Of a stretch of 64,000 nucleotides of DNA, positions 9,871-20,606 are shown in pieces; positions within the stretch are counted from its first letter, which is position 1, and the number at the start of each line of letters is the position of its first letter. This DNA comes from an uncultured delta proteobacterium (lineage in GTDB: Bacteria > Desulfobacterota > Zymogenia > Zymogenales > Zymogenaceae), in contig CAVTLK010000001.1 in assembly GCA_963735595.1 (NCBI GenBank), forward strand, positions 864,001 to 928,000. Direction: 5' to 3'. The notes beneath the pieces are model-generated. The model ran no database searches. It saw nothing but the letters and a program-made list of their open reading frames with translations, and was not told the DNA's origin. Position numbers and translations under genes: made by a program.

Positions 9871-10033
9871 GAATCCCGGGAACGGCCCCTCATATGCCCT
9901 GTTACGTGAGGCGCACCCCGGATTCCGTTATCTCCTCGCCAACCGATTGCCCGGGCTCGGAAATCGGCCCGGCGGTATGAGCCGCATGTTCGTTGGCCGT
10001 ATAATTCTGGCAAACAACACCCAAACACCGACG

Positions 10034-10699
10034 ATGCCCAAATCAACCTTCTCGATCATCAGCGAAGAAAAACGAAACCGGATCTATGATGCCGCCGCGC
10101 TGGAGTTTGCCCGTGAAGGGTATGAAAAGGCGAATATTAAAAACATCGCCGACCGTGCCGGGGTATCGAAAGGATCGCTCTACGATTATTTCGACAGCAA
10201 AGAGGAACTCTATCTGGACGTCTGCACCCATGGGATCTCCGTGTCGCGCAGGAATATCGATTCCATCATAGACGACGGCAAGGATTTCTTTACCCAGATC
10301 GGTGACATCTTCCATCAGGGTATGGCCTTCGTCGTCAAATACCCGCAGTACGCCCAGCTATACGTGAATATCTCTTCCAGCGGAATGGAGCAATTTGCAG
10401 ACAAGCTCACGCTTGCCGTCGAGAAACATACCGCGGACTACTATAAGGTGGCCATCAGGCGCGGCATCGACGAAGGTTTCATCCGGCCCGACCTCGACGT
10501 TGACATGACCGCGTTTCTCATCAACAGCATGTACGTGATGATGATAATATCTATCGTATCCCGCCACTACCGGATACGGCTCGGGGAATACTTGAGTCTT
10601 ACCGACGATCGGGTCGAAGAGGGAATAAAATCAAAAATCGACCAGGTTGTTAGCATTATCCGCTTCTCCATGGAGAACTCACCGAAGAAACAGGGCTGA
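10034..10699 (+). CDS. TetR/AcrR-family regulator
   Basis: EFAREGY..ANIKNIADRAGVSKGSLYDYFDSKEEL. Confidence 0.92.
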   Translation: MPKSTFSIISEEKRNRIYDAAALEFAREGYEKANIKNIADRAGVSKGSLYDYFDSKEELYLDVCTHGISVSRRNIDSIIDDGKDFFTQIGDIFHQGMAFVVKYPQYAQLYVNISSSGMEQFADKLTLAVEKHTADYYKVAIRRGIDEGFIRPDLDVDMTAFLINSMYVMMIISIVSRHYRIRLGEYLSLTDDRVEEGIKSKIDQVVSIIRFSMENSPKKQG

Positions 10700-10738
10700 C
10701 GTTCCATGGGCGGCGGATCAGCGTTTATCGGCGCAGGG

Positions 10739-10756
10739 TGACCGAATGGTCGGTCA
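10739..10756. promoter_or_regulatory. TetR operator 2
   Basis: perfect TGACCGA-ATGG-TCGGTCA upstream of SDR; 15/18 identical to operator 1. Confidence 0.75.
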
Positions 10757-10797
10757 TCTTCGTAAAGAGGAAACGAGATAGAGCGAGGTAGTTAACC

Positions 10798-11610
10798 ATG
10801 TATGATTTTTCAGGAAAAGTCGCCCTGATCACCGGCTCCGGCAAGAAAGACGGGATTGGCTTCGGGATTGCCAAGCGGCTCGCCCGGGACGGCGCCCACG
10901 TGATCATCTCGGACGTATGCCGGGACATCGGCGTAAAAGATTACGCGAAGATAGGATGCTGGGAGGATCTCGAAACCCTGTCCACGGAGATCAACGGATC
11001 GGCCGTTCGTATTGACGTCACCGACGCCGAGTCTATCCAGCAGGCCGCCACGACGATACGGGAAAAATTCTCCCATCTCGATTTCCTTATCAACAATGCC
11101 GGCGCCGGCCCCTCCCCCAATCTTTTGCAGTACGTTGATCTCGATATGTGGAAGAAAACGATGGACATCAACCTGAACGGCACGCTGCTGGTCACCCGCG
11201 CGATGCTCCCCTTGATGACGCGGCCCGGCGCGGCGATCGTCAACACCGCCTCCCGGGCGGGAAAGCGCCCCCGCGCGTTCGGCGGCGCATACTGCGTGTC
11301 AAAGGCCGCCGTTATCATGCTCACCAAGGTCTTCGCGATAGAGGCCGGCATGAGCGGCATCCGGGTAAACGCCATCTGTCCCGGCCAGATAAACACCGAC
11401 CTGGAGCGGTGGTCGTTTGAGCTTCAGGCCAAGGCGTTTCAGAAGACCGTCGATCAGGTCATCGAGGAGGAGAAGCAGACCATTCCCCTCAAGCGCATCG
11501 GCACGCCCGAGGACGTAGCCGACATCGTGGCGTTCCTCCTCTCGGACGACGCCCGATACATCACCGGCCAGGCCGTGAACGTGGACGGCGGCCAGCTCAT
11601 GGAACTATAG
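10798..11610 (+). CDS. short-chain dehydrogenase/reductase
   Basis: TGSG...GIG, NNAG, YCVSK, VNAICPG, ITGQAVNVDGG. Confidence 0.93.
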   Translation: MYDFSGKVALITGSGKKDGIGFGIAKRLARDGAHVIISDVCRDIGVKDYAKIGCWEDLETLSTEINGSAVRIDVTDAESIQQAATTIREKFSHLDFLINNAGAGPSPNLLQYVDLDMWKKTMDINLNGTLLVTRAMLPLMTRPGAAIVNTASRAGKRPRAFGGAYCVSKAAVIMLTKVFAIEAGMSGIRVNAICPGQINTDLERWSFELQAKAFQKTVDQVIEEEKQTIPLKRIGTPEDVADIVAFLLSDDARYITGQAVNVDGGQLMEL

Positions 11611-11620
11611 GAGGTACGGC

Positions 11621-13355
11621 ATGAATAGCACGAATCCAACAGGCACCCCCCAGAATAGTAAGCAGCCGGCCGACCGGGTAATGACCGGCGGCGAGCTCGT
11701 CGTCCGGGCGCTGGAGCAAAAGGGCGTCGAATACATCTTTACCCTCAGCGGCGGGCATATCGCCCCGATCTATCAGCACCTCATCAAATCCGACATCAAG
11801 CTCTTTGACACCCGCCACGAGCAGGCCGCCGTCTTTATGGCCGATGCCTACGCGCGTCTCACCGGCAAAGTCGGGGTGGCGCTTGTCACGGCCGGTCCCG
11901 GTTTTACCAACGCAGTTACCGGCATCGCAAACGCCCGCATGGCCGGCTCCCCGATCCTCGTGTTATCGGGCAGGATCGGTCTGAGGATGGACGAGCGGCT
12001 CGACCTCCAGGAGATCGAGCAGAGAAACGTGGTGGCCCCGATCACCAAGTGGGCCAAGACCGCCACGAACGTCAACCGCATACCCGAGCTGGTCGATGTG
12101 GCCTTCAAGACCGCGCTTGCCACGAGCCCCGGGCCCACGTTCCTCGAGTTCCCAGTTGACGTCCTCACGGCGTCCTGCCCGGCCGACGGCGTAAAGTTCC
12201 TCGATTCCCCGATGCCGCTTCGTTCGATGGGGGACCCGGCCGCAATCGAGCAGGCCGCCTCGTTTATCGCACAGGCCAAGCACCCGATTATCATCGCCGG
12301 TAGCGGCGTTCGGTTCTCGGGATCGGTCGCTCCCGTTAAAGAGCTGGTGGAAGAGACCGGGATACCGCTGTTCACCCTCTCGATGGGCAAGGGGACCCTG
12401 CCGGAGGACCACCCCCTCTGTTTCGGCTCCGCCCTCCTGATCCGTCCGGGCGCGGCCGGGGCCGCCGTCACCGGCGGCAGACATGATCGTGCTGCTCGGG
12501 ACGAGAATCAACCTCTTTACGATGTTCGGCGATGTCTTCCCGGCCGACGCCAAAATCATCCATGTCAATATCGATCCCATCGAGATCGGCAGAAACCGCC
12601 GGGTCGACACGGCGATTGTCGGCGACGCCTGCTTGTGGCCGGCCAGCTCAAGCAGGCGCTTGCCGGACGTATCAGGAAAGACGCCTTCGCGGAGTGGATC
12701 GCCGAGCTGAAAAAACAGCGTGACTTTTCACTTGATTCCGTAAAAGATCAGCTAAACTCCGAGGCGGTGCCGATTCACCCTCAGCGCCTCATGAAAGAGG
12801 TGGACGAGTTTATGGGAAGAAGAGGGGATCGTCGTTGCCGACGGCGGCGACACCTCCGTCTGGCTTGGCATGACCAGGAAGACCTACCGTCACGGCGATT
12901 ATCTCGAATCGGGGTTGTTCGGCTGTCTCGGCGTTGGCATACCGTTCGCCCTGACCGCAAAGCTCCTTTCCCCGAAAGAGCGGGTGCTTCTGGTCACCGG
13001 CGACGGCTCACTTGGTTTCAACTTAATGGAGATCAACACCGCGATCCGCTTCAGACTCCCTATCGTCATCGTGGTGAGCAACGACCTCGGCTGGGGGATG
13101 ATCCGGCACAGCCAGAGCCTGAAGTTCGGCCCGGGCGTCAACGTGGCCACGGAGCTCGGCACCTTCCCGTACCACACGATGATCGAGGCGATGGGCGGAT
13201 ACGGCCAGCTCGTCGAAAAACCGGGGGACATACGGCCGGCCCTTGAGCGCGCCTTCAAATCGGGCAAGGTATCCCTCATCAACGTCATGACCGACCCGGA
13301 CGTCATCAGCCCGGGGAGCTACGCCCTGGCAAATATCGCCGCCTCGGCGTATTAG
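11621..13355 (+). CDS. ThDP-dependent enzyme (acetolactate synthase-like / 2-hydroxyacyl-CoA lyase-like); frameshifts near 12478, 12632, 12820
   Basis: RHEQAAVFMADAYAR, TAGPG; central domain in 12483-12710; GCLGVG and GDGSLGF...ND..WGM in 12870-13355. Confidence 0.88.
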
Positions 13356-13378
13356 TCTCTGCGAAAAGGAGTTGGGTT

Positions 13379-14928
13379 ATGTCCGCCGACACGAAGACTA
13401 AATTGACCGACGCGTTTAAGAAGAACAGGGAGACCATCTTCCTTGTCCTTGCCGTGATCGTGGCCGTGATCGTTTACTACGCACCGCTGCCCGACACCAT
13501 CTCGCTGGGCGATAAGACCGCCACGCTGACCCACCAGGGGCGGCTCACCATGACGCTTCTTGCCTTTGCCATCGTCATGTGGGTGACGGAGGCCGCCTCT
13601 TTCGCGGTGACCTCGATTCTCGTGATGATTCTCATGGCGCTCCTGGGCGCCACCGAGGGCATGGAGGTGGTCACCGCCAAGGGCGTTGAGACCGTGCACG
13701 GCGCGGCCGACGGCCTGGTTGAGCTCATCAAGATCGGGTTCGGCAACAGCCTCGTCTTCTTCTTCCTCGGCGTCTTCCTGTTGACGGGGGCCTTCGTGAA
13801 ATCGGGGCTGGGCGAGCGGCTGACGCTCGTCATCCTCCGGGTGCTCGGGACCGGGACAAGAATGGTGGTGCTGGGCTTCCTCATCATGGGGACCATCACC
13901 TCCATGTGGGTGACCGACATGGCCGTCGCGGCCATGATGACCCCCCTGGGGGTAGCGCTCTTACGGAGCGCCGGCATCAAGCCGGGTAAAAGCAACTTCG
14001 GCAAGGCGCTCATGATCGCCTGCTGCTGGGGAGGGGTCTTCGGTGGTATCGGGACGCCCGCCGGATGCGGCCCCAACCCGATAGCTATCGGATACCTGAA
14101 CGACCTGGCGGGCCTTCATGTCTCGTTTCTGGACTGGATGAAGATCGGCGTCCCGGCCGCACTGATCCTGGTTCCCTTCGGCTGGCTCGTCCTCATCCTG
14201 GTCTTCCCGCCGGAGATCAAGCGGCTGCCGATGGAGCAGCAGGAGATCAGGAAACGGCTCAAGGATAAGGGGGGCTCTCCCGCCCGGAGATCATTACGCT
14301 TGCGGTGTTTCTCTCGGTCATTGTCCTCTGGATGGCCACCGACTATATCGCCAAGATCAGCGGGGGGACGATCGTCCTCTCCATGGAGATGGTGGCGATG
14401 GCCGGCGGCCTGGTCTTCTTCCTCCCCGGTATCGGGATCATGACCTGGGAGGAGGCCGAGCCGCTGATGAACTGGGATTCCATCGTCCTGGTGCTGGCCT
14501 CGCTGGCGTTGGGCCTGATGATGTACAAGACCGGCGCGGCGCGCTGGCTTTCCTGGATACTGCTCGGAAACATCACCGGGTTTCATCCGGTCGTCCAGAT
14601 CGCCCTGGTGATCGCCGCCGTCATGTTCATGAAGCTCTTCCTTGCTTCGAACACCGTTACCGGGATTATCGTTATACCGCTGTTGATTACGCTTGCCGCG
14701 GACCTCGGGCTGGACGCGTGGTTCCTCGTGGCGCCGGCGGCCTTCACGGCGTCGTTGGGGATTATCCTCTTGACGCAGTCGCCGACCAACATCATCCCGT
14801 ACACGTCCGGCTATTTCTCCGTGAAGGACTTCGCCCTGTCGGGCATCGTCATGACGGTGGTGATGATCGTCCTGCTTACCCTGGTCATCTCGGTTGTGGG
14901 GCCGCTCATGGGGATCTATAATTTTTAG
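13379..14928 (+). CDS. DASS/SLC13 anion transporter (frameshift near 14275)
   Basis: hydrophobic; WVTEA, SMWVTD, GGIGTPAG..PN, ASNT, SPTNII; split into 13379-14443 and 14305-14928. Confidence 0.85.
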
Positions 14929-14956
14929 TTGCGTCCCCTTTTCTGTTTACTTTTTT

Positions 14957-14988
14957 GCCCCGCCCTCTATAATAGGGGCGGGGTTTTT
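14957..14988 (+). terminator. intrinsic terminator-like hairpin
   Basis: CCCCGCCC...GGGCGGGG then TTTTT. Confidence 0.6.
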
Positions 14989-15019
14989 CAGATCATCCAA
15001 CCTTTCGTGAGGAGAAACC

Positions 15020-16210
15020 ATGGGAACCATTATCCTGATCCTCTTTTTCCTATTGTTTCCCGTCCTGGTCATCTATCTCTGCGATAAATATCCGGCCGTC
15101 GATAAACTCGGGGCCGTGATCCTCTGCTACGCCGCGGGTATTCTCCTCGGCAACGTCGGGCTGCTGCCCTCCGGCAGCGCCAAGACCATCGACCTGATCA
15201 TGACGATCGCTATCCCGCTCTCTCTTCCGCTGCTGCTGTTTTCCATGGACATCAGGAAATGGTCAAGGCTCGCTGGGAAGACCCTCTTGTCGATGATACT
15301 TGCGATCTTTTGTATCATGATCACGTCATTTGTCTCCTTCCTGCTCTTCAAGGATTCGCTCCCCGAGGGCTGGAAGATCGCGGGTATGCTCATGGGCGTC
15401 TACACCGGGGGCACGCCGAACCTCGCGGCCATCGGCACCGCCCTTAAAGTCGACCCGACCACCTTCATCATGGTGCAGACGGCGGACGTCATCATCAGCT
15501 CGGTATATATCCTCTTTTTAGTCACGATCGCCCAGCGGGTCTTTCTCCTGGTCCTGCCCCCCTTCAAGAAGACCGCCGCCGCCGGCGAAGCCGTCACGGG
15601 AGGGGAGTTTACGGACTATTCGGGTATCTTCAGCAGGGCAAAGATCATTCCCCTGGTTGCTGCCCTGTTCCTGTCGATCCTCATCTTCGCGGTAAGCGCC
15701 GGCATCATGTTCGGCCTGCCGCCCGTGCTCTCCCGGATATTGCCCGATTTCAGCCCGGAGCGCTATAAGCTCTTCGAGGTCGCGGTCATAATCCTCTCGA
15801 TCACGACGCTCGGGATCCTCGCCTCACTCGTCCCGAAGATCAGGAACGTCGACAAGACCTTTCAGCTGGGGATGTACATCATCCTGGTCTTCTGCACGGC
15901 CGTCGGCGCGCTTGCCGACCTTACCAAGCTCTTCACCATGGCCCCGGAGATCATGGTCTTCGTGGCAATCTGCGTCTTTGGGACCCTGATCCTGCAGGTG
16001 CTCCTCTCGATCCCGCTCAAGATCGACGCCGACACCACCATCATCGTATCCACCTCGGCCATCTGCTCCCCGCCGTTTGTCCCGGTGATCGCGGGCGCCC
16101 TCAAGAACAAGGAAATTGTATTTTCCGGCGTCACCACGGGGATCATCGGGTACGCCATCGGCAACTACCTGGGTATCACGCTGGCCTATCTCTATCACGC
16201 TTTCTTCTAG
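15020..16210 (+). CDS. DUF819-family membrane protein
   Basis: YTGGTPN, SPPFVP, GIIGYAIGNYLG; many TM segments. Confidence 0.85.
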   Translation: MGTIILILFFLLFPVLVIYLCDKYPAVDKLGAVILCYAAGILLGNVGLLPSGSAKTIDLIMTIAIPLSLPLLLFSMDIRKWSRLAGKTLLSMILAIFCIMITSFVSFLLFKDSLPEGWKIAGMLMGVYTGGTPNLAAIGTALKVDPTTFIMVQTADVIISSVYILFLVTIAQRVFLLVLPPFKKTAAAGEAVTGGEFTDYSGIFSRAKIIPLVAALFLSILIFAVSAGIMFGLPPVLSRILPDFSPERYKLFEVAVIILSITTLGILASLVPKIRNVDKTFQLGMYIILVFCTAVGALADLTKLFTMAPEIMVFVAICVFGTLILQVLLSIPLKIDADTTIIVSTSAICSPPFVPVIAGALKNKEIVFSGVTTGIIGYAIGNYLGITLAYLYHAFF

Positions 16211-16284
16211 TTCAGATGCCCTCACACGCCCGCCCGATACCGGCCTCCCTGGATTGAGGCCGTCCGAAAGAACCTGAATAAAAG

Positions 16285-16321
16285 AAAAGGCCGTTTCCCA
16301 CCCGGGGAAACGGCCTTTTTT
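16285..16321. terminator. bidirectional terminator
   Basis: AAAAGGCCGTTTCCCC-ACCC-GGGGAAACGGCCTTTTTT between convergent genes. Confidence 0.85.
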
Positions 16322-16353
16322 CATTTAGAGGGCGAATAACGAACGGTGCGCGG

Positions 16354-17412
16354 TTACTTCTTCTGCTCGAAACGCCCCGGAACGCGGGCCCCGCACGCCG
16401 GGCACGACGACTCGACGAGCCTCACCGTCACCGATCCCGCCGTCCGACGGTCTATCAGGAGCTCACTACAGGACGGGCAGACGGTGCTTTCATACGGGTG
16501 CCCCGGGACATTGCCAAGATAGGGGTAGTTCAACCCCTCCCCGCGCGCCATACGGTAGATATCTTCGAGGGTCTCTATGGCGGTGGAGGGGTAACCCGTC
16601 CACTGGTGATGGGGCGAAAACCGCGTGATGTGCCACGGCGTGTCGGCCCCCACCTCCCGAACGATCCACCGCACCAGGTCGGTGAGCTCGGCGAGTTTGT
16701 CGTTTACCCCCGGGATGATGTTGGTAACCAGCTCCACGTGCATTCCCCATCGACGCCTGGCGCGCAGGACTGCCTCGAGGATGTCCCGATAGTCGACGAT
16801 CCCGCCGATAAGCCGGTAGGTCTTCTCCGAGAAGCCCTTGATATCCACCCGGAAGGAGTCGAGCGACTGGCCCAGGTAATCCAGCGTATCGCTGGTAAGG
16901 TAGCCGTTGGTGACCCAGTTTGTTGAGAGACCCGCCTCCTTGGCCAGCGTCATGGCGCGCTGGGCGTACTCAACCCAGAGCGTCGGCTCGTTATAGGTAA
17001 ACGAGAGGCCGTCCACCCGCTCCCGGTGGGAAATCTCGATGAGCACCTCCGGCGCCAGGTATTCGGTCTCGGTCGTGTGTTCGCCGCCCTGGATGCAGTA
17101 TGATCCCTGTGAGTCCGGTATCGCGTGGGCGATCTCCCAGTTCTGGCACCCCGGACACTTGAAATTGCATCCCACCGACCCGACCGAGAGCCACGTGGAC
17201 CCCGGCATGAAATGAAACATCGGCTTGCTCTCTACCGGAGATACCATGATTGAGGATACCCGGCCGTACGTCAGGGAGAATATCTTCCCCGCCTTGTTGA
17301 GCCGGGTCTTACACCAACCCAGGCCCCCCTCGGGTATGGCGCAGCGTCGGAGACAAACGCGGCACTGGGCACGTCTGTTTTCGAGTCTCGTATAGAGAGA
17401 GGCATGATACAT
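16354..17412 (-). CDS. amrS: AmmeMemoRadiSam system radical SAM enzyme
   Basis: N-terminal C.VC.R.C, PVESKP.FHF.PG, CNFKCPGCQNWEI, FTYNEP, YLGNVPG. Confidence 0.88.
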   Translation of the reverse strand: MYHASLYTRLENRRAQCRVCLRRCAIPEGGLGWCKTRLNKAGKIFSLTYGRVSSIMVSPVESKPMFHFMPGSTWLSVGSVGCNFKCPGCQNWEIAHAIPDSQGSYCIQGGEHTTETEYLAPEVLIEISHRERVDGLSFTYNEPTLWVEYAQRAMTLAKEAGLSTNWVTNGYLTSDTLDYLGQSLDSFRVDIKGFSEKTYRLIGGIVDYRDILEAVLRARRRWGMHVELVTNIIPGVNDKLAELTDLVRWIVREVGADTPWHITRFSPHHQWTGYPSTAIETLEDIYRMARGEGLNYPYLGNVPGHPYESTVCPSCSELLIDRRTAGSVTVRLVESSCPACGARVPGRFEQKK

Positions 17413-17551
17413 GGTGTCGCACAGTTGAGATGTAATTGTTTTGAAATCCGACGGCGCCTGTGATATATGGTAGCCGTATGGCTCACAGGCAGACGTCCCG
17501 GGCAACCGACGGTGCGATCATACTACATACCGAGAGGAAAAACAACCAATC

Positions 17552-18538
17552 ATGACCAGGAAGGTGCTGATCACCAGATTAATTCCCGCCGTCGGCCTCG
17601 AGGCCCTGCGCAATCGCTACGACATGGTCCTCAACGAACACGACCGGCCGATGACCGCACACGAGATCACGGAGCGCGTTGCCGACGTCGCCGGGATCGT
17701 CTGCCTTTTGACCGACCGCATCGACGATACGGTCATGGAGGCGGCGCCGAACCTGGTAGGGATCGCGAACTACGCCGCGGGTTTTGACAACATCGACATC
17801 GCGGCGGCAACCCGGCGCGGCATTCCGGTCACCAATACGCCCGGCGTCCTGACCGAGGCCACCGCGGAGCTCGCGATCGCCCTCATGTTCGCGGTCGCCC
17901 GCCGGATACCCGGTGCCGAGCGTTTCGTCAGGTCCGGCGCCTGGCGCGGCTGGGGGCCGATGCAGTTCCTGGGTGCCGATATCCAGGGGGCGACCCTCGG
18001 CATCGTCGGCATGGGAAAGATCGGGCAGGCCGTGGGGCGGCGGGGACACGGCCTGGGCATGAAGGTCGTCTGTCATGAAGAGGCCCCCTTTGATGAGGCC
18101 GCACTCGGCTTTGAGGCCCGGCGTGTTGCACTCTCCGAGCTTCTCGCCGTCTCCGATTTCGTGTCCCTCCATGTCCCCCTTACCGAACGAACGCGCAGCC
18201 TCATCGGGGGCGCGGAGCTCTCGGTAATGAAGCCGGCCGCGTACCTCATCAATACCTCCCGGGGGCAGGTCGTAGACGAGGCCGCCCTTGCCGATGCGTT
18301 GGCCCGCGGCGTGATCGCCGGGGCGGGGCTTGATGTCTACGAGAGGGAGCCCGAGATCAATCCGAGCCTCCTGGGCTTGGATAACTGCGTGCTGCTCCCC
18401 CATATCGGCAGCGCCACCACCGCGACGCGCGAGAGTATGGCGCGGACCGCCGCCGAATGCCTCGTGGCGATGATCGAGGAAACCGAAATCCCCAATCTCG
18501 TTAATCCCGACTATATAAACCACCGCCGGAAGGAGTAA
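17552..18538 (+). CDS. D-glycerate dehydrogenase / glyoxylate reductase family
   Basis: NTPGVLTEATAE, GMGKIG, INTSRG, GLDVYEREP, PHIGSAT. Confidence 0.92.
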   Translation: MTRKVLITRLIPAVGLEALRNRYDMVLNEHDRPMTAHEITERVADVAGIVCLLTDRIDDTVMEAAPNLVGIANYAAGFDNIDIAAATRRGIPVTNTPGVLTEATAELAIALMFAVARRIPGAERFVRSGAWRGWGPMQFLGADIQGATLGIVGMGKIGQAVGRRGHGLGMKVVCHEEAPFDEAALGFEARRVALSELLAVSDFVSLHVPLTERTRSLIGGAELSVMKPAAYLINTSRGQVVDEAALADALARGVIAGAGLDVYEREPEINPSLLGLDNCVLLPHIGSATTATRESMARTAAECLVAMIEETEIPNLVNPDYINHRRKE

Positions 18539-18542
18539 TACG

Positions 18543-18962
18543 ATGCGCTACCGCGCCCAGGGACACGGGTACATCATACAGCTGGCCATAGGAGAGGAGA
18601 TTGGCCCATCCCTCATCGAATTCGGCGCCCGCCAGACCGTGGATGCCGCGCACTTCTGGGGTATCGGCGCCGCGCGGGAAATCGTGCTGGGCTCTTACGA
18701 TATCGAGCGGAAGGTTTACCACAAGAAGGCCCTCGAGGGCGTTTGGGAGATCGCATCGCTGACCGGAAGCCTCGCGCAAACCGACGGGGGCCCGATCCTG
18801 CACATCCACGGTGTCTTCTCCGACGAGGACTGCCGTACGTGCGGCGGCCACGTCTTCAACATGGTCTGCGCCGCTACCGTGGAGATATTTCTTGTACCTC
18901 TTCCCGCGGGACTCACCCGGCGGTACGACGAGCACACGGGGCTCAAGCTCCTGGACCTGTAA
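18543..18962 (+). CDS. PPC/DUF296 domain protein
   Basis: GIGA, EIASLTG, HIH, GGH. Confidence 0.85.
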   Translation: MRYRAQGHGYIIQLAIGEEIGPSLIEFGARQTVDAAHFWGIGAAREIVLGSYDIERKVYHKKALEGVWEIASLTGSLAQTDGGPILHIHGVFSDEDCRTCGGHVFNMVCAATVEIFLVPLPAGLTRRYDEHTGLKLLDL

Positions 18963-19024
18963 AACCGGTGTACGGTTCGGATGTACTGCGGCCAACGCAC
19001 TGCCGGAGCGTGCCGGAGCGATAG

Positions 19025-19053
19025 TTGACGGACGGCGTCGACTGCCTTACAAT
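19025..19053 (+). promoter_or_regulatory. sigma70-type promoter
   Basis: TTGACG, 17 nt, TACAAT. Confidence 0.65.
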
Positions 19054-19086
19054 GGTAGTGGTGTCACCATCTTTTGAGAAACGGCA

Positions 19087-20583
19087 ATGGCGCGAACAGA
19101 AATCCTGATTACCGGGGCGCTGGTTACCGACGGCACCGGCGCCGAGCCGGTCCCGCGCGATATCCTGGTCCTGGGCCCGACGATCGCCGATGTCGCGGCC
19201 GATATCGCCGCGCCCGACGCCGAGCGGTTTGACGCGACCGGCCTCATGGCCGCCCCCGGTTTTATCGACATCCACGCCCACGGCGATTTTGACCGTCTCG
19301 TTCACCCGCTTGCGGAACAAAAGCTGCGGCAGGGATGCACCCTGGAGGTCGTGGGGAACTGCGGCCTGACCCCGTTTCCGTATAACGATACCATCCGGGA
19401 CACGCTCCAGGCCATGATCGCCACAATAGTCGGCACCGATTTTACCGGGTTTGCCCGGTACGGCGACTACACATCGTTTCTGGAAAAACGGGGCCTGTCG
19501 ATCAACCTGGCCTCCTATGTCGGGCAGGGGATGATCCGCGGCTGCGTGGTGGGGATGAGCGCCGACCCGGCGGGAAATGACGATTTTTCACGGATGGAGC
19601 GGTTGCTGGGCCAGGCCCTCGAAGACGGCGTAATCGGCGTTTCCACCGGGCTTATTTATCCGCCCGGCTCTATGACAAGCGCCGGCGAGCTGGTACGGCT
19701 CATGGAATCGGCTGTACGGTTTCGCGCGGGAGCGCGCCCCGTCTATGCCTCGCACATGCGTAACGAAGGCAAAGACATCCATACGGCCCTCGATGAGGCG
19801 ATCCGCATCGGGACCGAAGCCGGCTGCCCCGTGCAGATATCCCACCTCAAGTGCCAGGAGCGCTCCAACTGGGGGAGATCGGCCGAGGTCATCGAACGGA
19901 TATCGCAGGCCCGCTCGGCGGGATTGGATATAATGGCCGATATGTATCCCTACCTCTTTCTCTCGACGCTCTTGGCTATCATCCTTACTCACCCGGAGGG
20001 AGATCCCGAAAAGATCATCGTCTCCAAGTCGCTTACCCCCGAAGGACGCCTCTGGGATGAAGTCGTGGGGCACTCACTCGCGGAGATAGCCGAGCGCTGG
20101 GGAGTTTCAACCGATGAGGCCGGGGCCCGGATTACGTCCGCAAGTCCCTCGACGCTGGCCGTCGGTGAATTCATGCACGAAGACGACCTGGTTAATTTTA
20201 TGCGGCAGGACTGGGTCTTCTTCGGCAGCGACGGGATAGAAGATACGGTCGGCAAACCCCACCCGCGTGTCACCGGCACCTTTCCCCGGGTGTTGGCCCG
20301 CTACGTGCGCGAAAAGGGGGTACTCACCTGGGGGGAGGCAATCGCAAAGATGACCGGAAGGCCCGCGGCCAGGCTGGGGCTTGCCGGCCGGGGGATAATT
20401 GCCCCGGGATACGCCGCGGATATTACGCTGTTTGACCCCAAGACCGTCGCCGACAACTCGACGTACCGGGACCCGCACCGCTCCCCTTCCGGCATCCCCC
20501 GCGTGATGGTAAATGGGCAATGGGCGCTTGCCGACGGGAAACCCACGGGTTCTGCGAGCGGCATGATTCTGAGACCCGTATGA
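19087..20583 (+). CDS. N-acyl-D-amino-acid deacylase
   Basis: PGFIDIHAH, GNCG, STGLIYPPG, SHMRNE, ISHLK, GSDG, HPR..GTFPR. Confidence 0.9.
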   Translation: MARTEILITGALVTDGTGAEPVPRDILVLGPTIADVAADIAAPDAERFDATGLMAAPGFIDIHAHGDFDRLVHPLAEQKLRQGCTLEVVGNCGLTPFPYNDTIRDTLQAMIATIVGTDFTGFARYGDYTSFLEKRGLSINLASYVGQGMIRGCVVGMSADPAGNDDFSRMERLLGQALEDGVIGVSTGLIYPPGSMTSAGELVRLMESAVRFRAGARPVYASHMRNEGKDIHTALDEAIRIGTEAGCPVQISHLKCQERSNWGRSAEVIERISQARSAGLDIMADMYPYLFLSTLLAIILTHPEGDPEKIIVSKSLTPEGRLWDEVVGHSLAEIAERWGVSTDEAGARITSASPSTLAVGEFMHEDDLVNFMRQDWVFFGSDGIEDTVGKPHPRVTGTFPRVLARYVREKGVLTWGEAIAKMTGRPAARLGLAGRGIIAPGYAADITLFDPKTVADNSTYRDPHRSPSGIPRVMVNGQWALADGKPTGSASGMILRPV

Positions 20584-20606
20584 GCCTGCCGAATAACGGA
20601 TAACCG

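Noticed and set aside
16354..17412. Complete AmmeMemoRadiSam system
   Set aside because: Only the radical SAM gene is here; partners may lie elsewhere in the genome
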